Source of the DNA: Ruminococcus sp.
Lineage (GTDB): Bacteria > Bacillota > Clostridia > Oscillospirales > Acutalibacteraceae
Assembly: GCF_017403985.1 (NCBI RefSeq)
Contig: NZ_JAFRDE010000019.1
Direction: 5' to 3' (one strand)
DNA length: 64,000 bases
Made by a program: the position numbers and the translations under genes. Positions 49,216 through 57,167 of this stretch are shown here, piece by piece; the stretch's first letter is position 1; each line of letters starts with the position of its first letter. The notes below the pieces were generated by a model. That model worked only from the letters and a program-made list of their open reading frames with translations, was not told the DNA's origin and did not search any database.

Positions 49216-50128
49216 ATTTACGGTGGACGCGGCTGACGCGGGCGTCCGCATCGATAAATACCTGTCCGACGTCTCAGAAGACCTGAGCCGTTCCGCGGCG
49301 AGCAGGCTGATCTTTGAAGAGAATGTCACGGTGAACGGCGAGCCGGTCAAGAAGAATTACAAGACCGAAGCCGGCGATCTGATCGTCGTTCTGACCGATG
49401 AACCTCAGCCGGTCGATATCACCCCCGAGGACATCCCGCTCGAGGTCGTCTATGAGGACGGGCATCTGCTGGTCGTCAATAAGCCCAAGGGTATGGTGGT
49501 GCATCCCGCGCCCGGTCACTACAGCGGCACGCTGGTCAACGCTCTGATGTATCACTGCGGCGAGAGTCTCAGCGGCATCAACGGCGAACTGCGCCCCGGC
49601 ATCGTCCACCGCATCGATAAAAACACCAGCGGACTCTTGGTCGTCGCGAAGTCCGATATCGCCCATGCGGGACTCAGCGAACAGATCAAGGATCACAGCT
49701 TTACCCGTGAATACCTCGCGATCTGCTACGGCAACATCAAGGAGGATGAGCGCACGGTCGACGCGCCGATCGGACGGCATAAGACCGACCGCAAGAAGAT
49801 GTGCGTGACAGAACTCAACTCAAAGCCTGCAATTACCCACATCAGGGTGCTGGAGCGGTACGACGGCTTTACCTATATCCTGTGCCGTCTGGAAACCGGA
49901 CGCACGCACCAGATCCGCGTACACCTCGCTCACATCGGTCACCCGATCGCGGGCGACGACGTGTACGGTCCCTCCAAGGTGATCACCACATTGGGCGGTC
50001 AGTGCCTGCACGCGTACAAGCTGGGCTTCATCCATCCCGTGACCGGCGAGTATCTGGAATTCACCGCCGACCCGCCCGAGAGCTTTGTGAAGTTTCGAGA
50101 GAAGCTCAGGGGAGTGGGCAGTTATTAG
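49202..50128 (+). CDS. RluA/RluD family pseudouridine synthase
   Basis: N-terminal S4, VNKPKGMVVHP, HRIDKNTSGL, TGRTHQIRVH. Confidence 0.95.
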   Translation: MMRLEFTVDAADAGVRIDKYLSDVSEDLSRSAASRLIFEENVTVNGEPVKKNYKTEAGDLIVVLTDEPQPVDITPEDIPLEVVYEDGHLLVVNKPKGMVVHPAPGHYSGTLVNALMYHCGESLSGINGELRPGIVHRIDKNTSGLLVVAKSDIAHAGLSEQIKDHSFTREYLAICYGNIKEDERTVDAPIGRHKTDRKKMCVTELNSKPAITHIRVLERYDGFTYILCRLETGRTHQIRVHLAHIGHPIAGDDVYGPSKVITTLGGQCLHAYKLGFIHPVTGEYLEFTADPPESFVKFREKLRGVGSY

Positions 50129-50167
50129 TTGTTAGTTCTGAGTTGGCAGTTGACTATGAATACTGAC

Positions 50168-50330
50168 TTATTGATAAATCATCATGAAATGATATGAGAT
50201 GAAACGGGCGCCGCGCAAGCGGCGTTTGTCATTGTCATTGTCATTGCCTTTGTCTTTTATTTTTGTCTTTGTCTTTATCTTAGTGTCTTTTGTGACAAAA
50301 GACCACAATTGTGAGTTATCAACATTCATT
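50168..50330 (-). pseudogene. Out-of-frame linker fragment of a phage-type replication initiator
   Basis: Alternative frame reads TKIKTKTKIKDKGNDNDNDK low-complexity linker; palindromes at 50285-50303 and 50304-50313. Confidence 0.5.
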
Positions 50331-50597
50331 CTCTTTTCGCTTCTTTGCTTCACGCTCCTTTGCCGCCTTGCTTCTGTTTTCACAGACCTCGGCGTATTTC
50401 TCAAAGTTGAGGTCGATCTCTTCTTTGAAGACGATGAACGCGAGCGCGCAGGTCCGGTCGTCGGAAAAGTCCGGCTCGATCTCCTCGTCGCCGTAGAGCA
50501 GCAGCGCCTTGTACAGCCTGCCTGCCTGTTCATCCGTCAGGTGATTGACCAGCGCGCTGTGGTGGAAATAGGTAAAGAATCCTTTGGGCTTTTTCAT
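50319..50597 (-). CDS. DUF6291-like protein (N-terminal domain of phage replisome organisers), 92 aa
   Basis: LTDEQAGRLYKALLLY..EP..AF..IDLNFEKYAEVCENR pattern recalled for DUF6291; AAGGAG RBS before ATG at 50597. Confidence 0.7.
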   Translation of the reverse strand: MKKPKGFFTYFHHSALVNHLTDEQAGRLYKALLLYGDEEIEPDFSDDRTCALAFIVFKEEIDLNFEKYAEVCENRSKAAKEREAKKRKENEC

Positions 50598-50635
50598 GCA
50601 TATCAACTCCTTCACCTATGCCGCGACGATTCAAA

Positions 50636-50659
50636 AAGTTGCATACTTTTATGCAACTT
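50636..50659. promoter_or_regulatory. Operator-like palindrome between divergent DUF6291 gene and rplS
   Basis: AAGTTGCATA-CTTT-TATGCAACTT, 10-bp perfect arms. Confidence 0.6.
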
Positions 50660-50701
50660 CCGAAAATTTGAAAGGAATTTTTCTTCTTTTTCAAAAAATA
50701 C

Positions 50702-50730
50702 TTGCATTTATCCGCGTTTTGTGGTATTAT
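50702..50730 (+). promoter_or_regulatory. sigmaA promoter of rplS
   Basis: TTGCAT-17 nt-TATTAT with extended TG. Confidence 0.7.
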
Positions 50731-50736
50731 ACTTAG

Positions 50737-50850
50737 GCATTTGAATCCGTCAGTCCCAAGACGGGGTTCAGATTCGAACAAAAATGTTCAAATTTGAAGC
50801 GGACAGTCCTCTGCACGAAGCATATGCATCGGGGTACGAATGTCTGAAAA
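50737..50850 (+). ncRNA. Structured rplS leader, probable L19 leader
   Basis: Hairpin TGAATCCGTC..GACGGGGTTCA and GTCCTCTGC...GAATGTC segment resembling the Firmicutes L19 leader as recalled. Confidence 0.5.
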
Positions 50851-50865
50851 AATCAGGAGGAAATT

Positions 50866-51213
50866 ATGGACGCATTAAAGAAAATCGCAGAAGGTTCTGT
50901 CAAAGAAACTACCCCCGAATTCCACATCGGTGATACCGTAAAGGTCTCCGTCAACATCCGTGAGGGTGAGAGAGAAAGAATCCAGATGTTCGAGGGTACC
51001 GTTATCGCGCGCCGCGGTTCCGGCGTAGCCGAGACTTTCACCGTTCGCCGCCTTTCCTACGGCGTAGGCGTTGAGAGAGTATTCCCGCTCCACAGCCCGA
51101 ACGTCGTCGACGTCAAGGTTGTCCGCCGCGGTAAGGTTCGCCGCAGCAAGCTCTACTATCTGCGCGACAGAGTCGGTAAGGCTGCTAAGGTCAAGGAAGA
51201 AATTCGTAAATAA
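50866..51213 (+). CDS. rplS: 50S ribosomal protein L19
   Basis: [36 protein letters not shown]. Confidence 0.97.
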   Translation: MDALKKIAEGSVKETTPEFHIGDTVKVSVNIREGERERIQMFEGTVIARRGSGVAETFTVRRLSYGVGVERVFPLHSPNVVDVKVVRRGKVRRSKLYYLRDRVGKAAKVKEEIRK

Positions 51214-51229
51214 TTCTTGAATTATGACG

Positions 51230-51254
51230 AAGGGGGCTTTACAGCCCCCTTTTT
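51230..51254 (+). terminator. Intrinsic terminator after rplS
   Basis: AAGGGGGCT-TTAC-AGCCCCCTT-TTT. Confidence 0.8.
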
Positions 51255-51281
51255 CCGTGGTATGATTACAGTGATATAAAA

Positions 51282-51325
51282 CGTCATTGCGAGCCCCGTC
51301 AGGAGCGTGGCAATCTCAACCGATA
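51282..51325 (+). repeat. Family B half-element
   Basis: CGTCATTGCGAGCCCCGTCAGGAGCGTGGCAATCTCAACCGAT. Confidence 0.78.
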
Positions 51326-51343
51326 ATATTGGAGATGTGATCT

Positions 51344-52009
51344 TTGAAGATAGATAAATCGAAATTAGACGAACTGTTTCTGGAAGACGTCGATCCCGCA
51401 GATGAGGCGCCGTACGGAACACGGATCAAGCTGAATCAAAGCGAAGCCGTCGCGACGGTATACGACTGGCTGGGCAGCCTGTTTATGGCGCTTATCGTCG
51501 TCCTGCTGATCATGACCTTCGCCTTCCGCATCATCGACGTTGACGGCAGAAGCATGGAGCCGACCCTGATCGATACCGATAAGGTGGTCATCACGGATCT
51601 GTTCTATACGCCGCATGACGGCGATATCGTCATCATCAGCCACGCTGAGGAATACACAAAGCCGCTCGTGAAGCGCGTGATCGCGACCGCGGGTCAGGAT
51701 CTGAAGATCGATTATAATAACAACGCGGTTTATGTCGACGGTAAAAAGTTAGACGAGCCCTATATCCAGGGCGTGACCGTCCGCGGCGACGTTCCAGAGG
51801 ATCAGCTCAACGGTATCGTGCCCGAGGGCAAGGTCTTTGTCATGGGTGATAACCGCGGCATCTCGCTCGACAGCCGTTACCAGCAGATCGGCTTCATCGA
51901 CGAGGACCTGATCATCGGCAAGGCGCAGCTGGACGTGATCCCGCATACCTACGATGAAAACGGCGTGCTGAAGCTGGACCTGTCCAAGATCCGGTACGTT
52001 TATAACTAA
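51344..52009 (+). CDS. lepB: Signal peptidase I
   Basis: GRSMEPTL (Ser), LVKRVIA (Lys), FVMGDNRGISLDSR. Confidence 0.94.
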   Translation: MKIDKSKLDELFLEDVDPADEAPYGTRIKLNQSEAVATVYDWLGSLFMALIVVLLIMTFAFRIIDVDGRSMEPTLIDTDKVVITDLFYTPHDGDIVIISHAEEYTKPLVKRVIATAGQDLKIDYNNNAVYVDGKKLDEPYIQGVTVRGDVPEDQLNGIVPEGKVFVMGDNRGISLDSRYQQIGFIDEDLIIGKAQLDVIPHTYDENGVLKLDLSKIRYVYN

Positions 52010-52018
52010 ACTGATGTG

Positions 52019-52046
52019 AGCCTGCTTCAAACGGAGCAGGCTTTTT
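52019..52046 (+). terminator. Intrinsic terminator after lepB
   Basis: AGCCTGCT-loop-AGCAGGCT-TTTT. Confidence 0.78.
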
Positions 52047-52072
52047 CAAAATCATGCAGGGGACGGCATAAT

Positions 52073-52401
52073 GTAGGGGACGGCGCTTGTCGACGTCCCG
52101 GACGCGTGCGTCATTATCTGTTTTAGTGCGAAGCAAATAAAACGTATGATGTAGGGGACGGCGCTTGTCGACGTCCCGCAGCGTTTGTCACAATGCCGTT
52201 TACAGGCGAAGCATAACCTACCTTTCCGTAGGGGCGTTCCTCAGCCGGAGACGGCACCCCTCTGTCCGCTTTGCGGACACCTCCCCACCCGGGGAGATCC
52301 CACCGGTCGTCCGAGAATGACAGGCGCTGCATATGTCGAAAACACGAGATAGGGGAGAAGCGTGTCAGCCATACGGTACGTCGGGAACCGCCGTACCCTA
52401 C
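52073..52401. repeat. GTAG direct array (52073, 52151, 52228), family A arm (52255-52297) and truncated doublet (52310-52401)
   Basis: Two identical GTAGGGGACGGCGCTTGTCGACGTCCCG copies 78 bp apart; conserved interior GAATGACAGGC..TCGAAAAC..AGATAGG. Confidence 0.85.
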
Positions 52402-52485
52402 GATGACGTTATACTCCTTTCAAACATCGATATAAAATAATTGCCCTACAAATAACCGCTTGTGTGACAATAACATGGTGACCAT

Positions 52486-53529
52486 ATGAAAAAGACGAAC
52501 AACAAGAATAACAAAAGAACGCAAAAGCCGCAGGGCGGACGTTCCAACGCACGCGTTTCCGGCGCGCGGATGAACGCGCCTAAGAACCGTACGCAGAATG
52601 CGAAAGCATCCGCAAAACCGGCGAATAAACCCGCTAAACCGAAGAAAAAGCCATCAAATGCAAGCTCCTCCGAGCATACGCAGGTCATCCAGTGGTACCC
52701 CGGTCATATGACCAAGACCAAGCGCCGCATCGAAAAGGACTTAAAGCTCGTGGACGCGGTAGCGGAGATCATCGACGCGCGCATCCCGATCTCCTCTCGC
52801 AATCCCGACATCGCGAACCTGACCTCCGGAAAGCCGCGCATCATCCTGCTCAACAAGTGCGATATGGCTGATCCCCGCGCGACGGATCGCTGGGTCAGCG
52901 CCCTCAGCCGCGAGAATGTCCGCGCGATCCCGGTCGACTGCAAGAGCGGCAGGGGAGTGGATAAATTCGTTCCCGTGCTGACCGATCTGCTCAGTGACAG
53001 GATCGAGAGCTACAAGGCGAAGGGCATGGTGAATCCGACCATGCGCGTGATGATCGTCGGCATCCCGAACGTCGGCAAGTCGACCTTTATCAACCGCATC
53101 GCCAAGAAGACGAAGGCGACTGCCGCCGACCGTCCCGGCGTGACGCGCGGCAATCAGTGGTTTACCGTTTCGAAAGGCTTTGAGATGCTCGATACCCCCG
53201 GTGTGCTGTGGCCGAAATTCGACGACCAGACCGTCGGCGAACACCTTGCCTTCACCGGCGCGATCAAGAGCGAGGTCATGGATACCGAGCTGCTCGCGGT
53301 GCGCCTGATCGACTTGTTAAAGGAGCTGAAAACGCCCGCATTTATCGAGCGATACAAGCTCACGGACGAGGATCTGGAGCTGCAAAGCTACGAGATACTG
53401 GAAAAGATCGCGAAGAACCGCGGGATGCTGATTGCCGGCGGCGAAGCTGACGCCGAACGCGCCGCCTACACCCTGCTCGACGAGTTCCGCGCCGCGAAAT
53501 TAGGCAGGATCACGCTGGAATTGCCATAG
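52486..53529 (+). CDS. ylqF: Ribosome biogenesis GTPase YlqF/RbgA with basic N-terminal extension
   Basis: IQWYPGHM, DARIP, NKCD, GIPNVGKST, DTPGVLWP. Confidence 0.95.
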   Translation: MKKTNNKNNKRTQKPQGGRSNARVSGARMNAPKNRTQNAKASAKPANKPAKPKKKPSNASSSEHTQVIQWYPGHMTKTKRRIEKDLKLVDAVAEIIDARIPISSRNPDIANLTSGKPRIILLNKCDMADPRATDRWVSALSRENVRAIPVDCKSGRGVDKFVPVLTDLLSDRIESYKAKGMVNPTMRVMIVGIPNVGKSTFINRIAKKTKATAADRPGVTRGNQWFTVSKGFEMLDTPGVLWPKFDDQTVGEHLAFTGAIKSEVMDTELLAVRLIDLLKELKTPAFIERYKLTDEDLELQSYEILEKIAKNRGMLIAGGEADAERAAYTLLDEFRAAKLGRITLELP

Positions 53530-53538
53530 CCTGTTTGC

Positions 53539-53650
53539 GTAGGGACGAGCATTGCTCGTCCGCAGAATGACGGGCGCAAAAGAAAGCAGAAACCGCAGAT
53601 AGGGCTGAAACATGCATCTGCGGTGCCGGACGACCAATGGTCGTCCCTAC
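53539..53650 (+). repeat. GTAG inverted doublet
   Basis: GTAGGGACGAGCATTGCTCGTCC-GCAGAATGACGGGC..AGATAGG..-GGACGACCAATGGTCGTCCCTAC. Confidence 0.9.
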
Positions 53651-53670
53651 AATAAAACGAAAGGAATCCC

Positions 53671-54279
53671 ATGGACTGGTTATACTACGAAAAAGAAGCG
53701 ATGGCGAAGGGCTATCGCCATATCTGCGGCGTCGATGAAGCCGGACGCGGCCCCTTGGCGGGACCTGTCTGCGCTGCCGCCGTCATCCTGCCCGAGGGAT
53801 GTATCATCGAGGGCGTGAACGACTCTAAAAAGCTGACGGAAAAGAAGCGCGACGCGCTGTTCGACGTGATCATCGAGACCGCCGTTTCCTGTTCGATCGC
53901 CTTCGGCACGGTCGAAGAGATCGAGCGCGACAATATCCTGCAAACCACCATGAACACCATGAGGCGCGCGATAGAAGGCTTGTCCGTCAAGGCGGATTAC
54001 GCGATGATCGACGGCAACCGCCTGCCCAAGCTCGATATCTCTGCCGAGTACATCGTGGGAGGCGACGCGAAGTCGATGTCCGTCGCCGCCGCGTCGATAC
54101 TGGCGAAGGTCTCGCGTGACCGCCTGATGCTCGAATACGCGAAGAAGTACCCGGAGTACGGCTTTGAAAAGCACAAGGGCTACGGCACCAAGCTGCATGT
54201 TGAGAAGATCCTCGAGCTCGGCGAGACCCCGATCCACCGCCCGAGCTTTCTCAAAAAGATCTACGCGAAGTATCGGTGA
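53671..54279 (+). CDS. rnhB: Ribonuclease HII
   Basis: GVDEAGRGPLAGPV, DSKKL, IDGN, AAASILAKVSRD, KGYGT. Confidence 0.96.
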   Translation: MDWLYYEKEAMAKGYRHICGVDEAGRGPLAGPVCAAAVILPEGCIIEGVNDSKKLTEKKRDALFDVIIETAVSCSIAFGTVEEIERDNILQTTMNTMRRAIEGLSVKADYAMIDGNRLPKLDISAEYIVGGDAKSMSVAAASILAKVSRDRLMLEYAKKYPEYGFEKHKGYGTKLHVEKILELGETPIHRPSFLKKIYAKYR

Positions 54280-54343
54280 TAAGCCTCTGACGATGTGCTT
54301 TTATCAACTGTAAATACCGATTTATCAGACATTACAGTAAAAG

Positions 54344-54494
54344 TGTCATTGCGAAGCCCGAAGCCTCTCGTTAAGAGAGGTGCCGCGGAGCGGCAGGCTG
54401 TGGCAATCCCCTTGTTATTAATATTGTTTGATGTGAGCTGCGTTCAGTCCCTGTTTGTGGGATTGCCACGGTCGCAAGCTCCCTCGCAATGACA
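54344..54494 (-). repeat. Family B element (long arm), interior reversed
   Basis: TGTCATTGCGAAGCCCGAAGCCTCTC..GGCAATCCCC..CAGTCCCTGTTTGTGGGATTGCC..CTCGCAATGACAG. Confidence 0.9.
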
Positions 54495-54512
54495 GCGGGA
54501 GGATATATTATC

Positions 54513-54911
54513 ATGAAACCATTATCCAACAAAGCCTTCGGCGCGCTGGGCGAAAAATTCGCCGCCGTACACCTGAAACAACAGCATTATAAAATTCTTG
54601 AAAAGAATTATAAGAACAAGCTCGGCGAGATCGATATCATCGCGTGGGATAAGGATAGGGGAGAGATCGTTTTCATCGAGGTCAAGACCCGTTCATCCGC
54701 TCCGTATCTCAGCGGTCAGTACGCCGTCGACAAGCGCAAGCAGTTCCATATCATGCGGACCGCGTCCTATTATCTGAGCGTGACACGCTGTACGCTCCAG
54801 CCGCGCTTTGACGTGCTCGAGGTCGAGGTGAACCGCTCCTCGGGCGAGCTGAAAAGCGTCAATCATATCAAAAACGCGTTCTCTCAGACCGAGGATTACG
54901 CGAGGTTTTGA
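54513..54911 (+). CDS. yraN: YraN family endonuclease-like protein
   Basis: GALGEKFA, GEIDIIA, VFIEVKTR, RFDVLEV. Confidence 0.92.
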   Translation: MKPLSNKAFGALGEKFAAVHLKQQHYKILEKNYKNKLGEIDIIAWDKDRGEIVFIEVKTRSSAPYLSGQYAVDKRKQFHIMRTASYYLSVTRCTLQPRFDVLEVEVNRSSGELKSVNHIKNAFSQTEDYARF

Positions 54912-54940
54912 GAGGCGCAATGAAACGTGTCGGTGTATTG

Positions 54941-55055
54941 GTAGGGGACGGCGCTTGTCGACGTCCCGCACGGCAGAAACGTTTTTCTCCTATCTTGCGT
55001 TTTCGATAACAGAAACGCCCGTCATTCCCGGGATGTTGCAAGCACCATCCCCTAC
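54941..55055 (-). repeat. GTAG inverted doublet (long REP subtype)
   Basis: GTAGGGGACGGCGCTTGTCGACGTCCCG..CCTATCT..GTTTTCGA..GCCCGTCATTCC-CGGGATGTTGCAAGCACCATCCCCTAC. Confidence 0.88.
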
Positions 55056-55159
55056 GGTGTTACTGCAAGGCACATAAGGGCAAAGGTATGTTTTTATGGT
55101 TATGCTGCGTTATCTCTCTCCTGCGACAAAAAGGTATTGCCCTAACCGTCTGCCCGCAT

Positions 55160-55184
55160 GCCCCCTCGTCAGAGGGGGCTTTTT
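55160..55184 (+). terminator. Intrinsic terminator candidate
   Basis: GCCCCCTC-GTCA-GAGGGGGC-TTTTT. Confidence 0.6.
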
Positions 55185-55292
55185 CAGCTTTCTGTGCCCT
55201 TGCGATGCGCGTGTCCGTCAGGTGAGCCTTTCTATTACGGCGTTTTTGCCATAAAAAGTACGATTAATCCTGCTTTTTTGTACCTTTGACTA

Positions 55293-55321
55293 TTGCGAAA
55301 AAGTGCATATTATGTTATTAT
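55293..55321 (+). promoter_or_regulatory. sigmaA promoter candidate for thrC
   Basis: TTGCGA-17 nt-TATTAT with extended TG. Confidence 0.55.
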
Positions 55322-55357
55322 GTAATAACGTATAATGGGTTAAAATGGTTTATCGAA

Positions 55358-55627
55358 AGAAGCGCCGAGGTCCGGAGCCCTCGGATAACGACGGACGAAC
55401 CGGGACCGCTCGAAATGACCAAAGGTCATGCAGAGTGGTTGGGTGAGTAGGAGTTATACGAGGATGAGCGCAGGACAACGAGGCGTGAGAAGCGCCGAGG
55501 TCCGGAGCCCTCGGATAACGACGGACGAACCGGGACCGCTCGAAATGACCAAAGGTCATGCAGAGTGGTTGGGTGAGTAGGAGTTATACGAGGATGAGCG
55601 CAGGACAACGAGGCGTGACAAGCGCCG
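55358..55627. repeat. Perfect 130-bp tandem duplication in the thrC leader
   Basis: 55358-55487 is identical to 55488-55617; a partial third start (ACAAGCGCCG) lies at 55618. Confidence 0.95.
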
Positions 55628-55658
55628 CAGGCGCAAACCTTGAATCATCAGGAGGGTC

Positions 55659-57167
55659 ATGATGAAATACAACTCTACTCAGGATAAAAGCAAGGCTGTT
55701 CTGTCCGCTCAGGCGATCGCGCAGGGCATTTCTCAGGACGGCGGTTTGTTTGTGCCCGAGAGCTTTCCTCAGATCAGCGAGAAGGAGCTCAAAAGCATGC
55801 TCTCGATGTCCTATCAGGACAGGGCGAAGCTGATCATGGGCAAATACCTGACCGACTTCACGGCTGACGAGATCGCCGACTGCGTCGACAGCGCCTATAC
55901 CGTCGAAAAGTTCGGCTCCGAGAATCCCGCGCCGATCGCGACGGTCGAATTCAACGGCGAAGAGCTGAATCTGCTCGAGCTGTGGCACGGTCCCACCTGC
56001 GCCTTCAAGGATATGGCGCTGCAGATCCTGCCGCACTTTTTGACCAAGTCGCTGCAGAAGGTCGGCGGCGGCAAGGACGCGGTCATCCTGGTCGCTACGT
56101 CCGGCGACACCGGCAAGGCGGCGCTCGAGGGCTTTAAAGACGTCGAGCACACCAAGATCATCGTTTTCTATCCGATGAACGGCGTGTCCGCGATGCAGAA
56201 GCATCAGATGAATACGCAGGAGGGCGACAACGTCTATGTCTGCGCCATCCGCGGCAACTTCGACGACGCCCAGACGGCGGTCAAGAAGATCTTCACCGAT
56301 CCCGCTACCGCGGCAGTCCTCAACGAGAACAACATGATGTTCTCTTCGGCGAACTCCATCAACTGGGGCAGACTGCTCCCGCAGATAGTCTACTACGTTT
56401 CCGCGTACTGCGACATGGTCAACATGGGCAAGGTCGCGTTCGGCGACAAGATCAATATTACCGTGCCGACCGGCAACTTCGGCAACATCCTCGCGGGCTA
56501 CTACGCCTATGAGATGGGGCTGCCGGTGAAGCGCTTCATCTGCGCGTCCAACTCTAACAACGTACTCACCGATTTCATCCGCACCGGCGTATATAATAAA
56601 AACCGCGATTTCTATACCACGGTCTCTCCCTCGATGGATATTCTGGTATCCTCGAATCTCGAGCGTCTGCTGTACTGCATGTCCGGTTGCAACGACGAAG
56701 AGACCAAGGGTTATATGGAGCTCTTGAAGAGCGAGGGCGTGTACACGGTCTCCACGAAGATCAAGGAAAAGCTGCAGTCGATGTTCTGGGGCGGATATGC
56801 CGACGAGGACGCGACGGCGCGCACCATCCACGATCTCTTTGAGCAGCAGGGCTATCTCTGCGATACTCACACCGCTGTCGCCGTGAGCGTCTGCGACGCG
56901 TACATCCGCGAGACTGCCGACAAGACTCCCGTCGTGATCGCCTCCACCGCAAGCCCCTATAAATTCAGCAGGGCGGTGCTGAGCGCGCTGAACAAGGGCA
57001 AGATGCCCGAGAGCGAGTTCGACATGGTGGAACAGCTCCATGAGATCACCGGAGCCGACGTACCCAAGCCGCTCGCCTCTCTGCGCGGCAAGAAGGCGCG
57101 CTTTTCCGACGTGACGGATAAGGAAGATATGCAGGGCGTTGTATTCGGCGCGCTGGGTATTCAGTAA
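55659..57167 (+). CDS. thrC: Threonine synthase
   Basis: GISQDGGLFVP, HGPTCAFKDMAL, ATSGDTG, NSINWGRL, PTGNFGNI. Confidence 0.95.
   Translation: MMKYNSTQDKSKAVLSAQAIAQGISQDGGLFVPESFPQISEKELKSMLSMSYQDRAKLIMGKYLTDFTADEIADCVDSAYTVEKFGSENPAPIATVEFNGEELNLLELWHGPTCAFKDMALQILPHFLTKSLQKVGGGKDAVILVATSGDTGKAALEGFKDVEHTKIIVFYPMNGVSAMQKHQMNTQEGDNVYVCAIRGNFDDAQTAVKKIFTDPATAAVLNENNMMFSSANSINWGRLLPQIVYYVSAYCDMVNMGKVAFGDKINITVPTGNFGNILAGYYAYEMGLPVKRFICASNSNNVLTDFIRTGVYNKNRDFYTTVSPSMDILVSSNLERLLYCMSGCNDEETKGYMELLKSEGVYTVSTKIKEKLQSMFWGGYADEDATARTIHDLFEQQGYLCDTHTAVAVSVCDAYIRETADKTPVVIASTASPYKFSRAVLSALNKGKMPESEFDMVEQLHEITGADVPKPLASLRGKKARFSDVTDKEDMQGVVFGALGIQ

Noticed and set aside
50330-50345. Programmed -1 frameshift joining DUF6291 to its linker
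   Set aside because: The linker frame is +1 relative to the ORF and there is no canonical slippery heptamer; an indel is more likely
50128-50866. Prophage or integrative element around the DUF6291-like gene
   Set aside because: No integrase, att-like direct repeats or other phage genes; under 800 bp between core genes
52073-52235. CRISPR array
   Set aside because: Only 2-3 units, the repeat is a dispersed GTAG REP, spacers share a motif, and there are no cas genes
9185-52340. Spo0A boxes (TGTCGAA) inside GTAG doublet interiors
   Set aside because: Present in only two of seven interiors, so not a conserved feature
55358-55617. CRISPR or coding tandem repeat (ORFs 55350-55559 and 55426-55608)
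   Set aside because: No unique spacers; the 130-bp period is not a multiple of 3; the short ORFs lack RBS and recognisable motifs
55615-55652. Glycine riboswitch resemblance (CGCCGCAGGCGCAAA..AATCATCAGG)
   Set aside because: Only partial match: no GGAGA/P2 element, and GCGCC-GCA-GGCGC is a simple hairpin; an Infernal search would be needed to revive it
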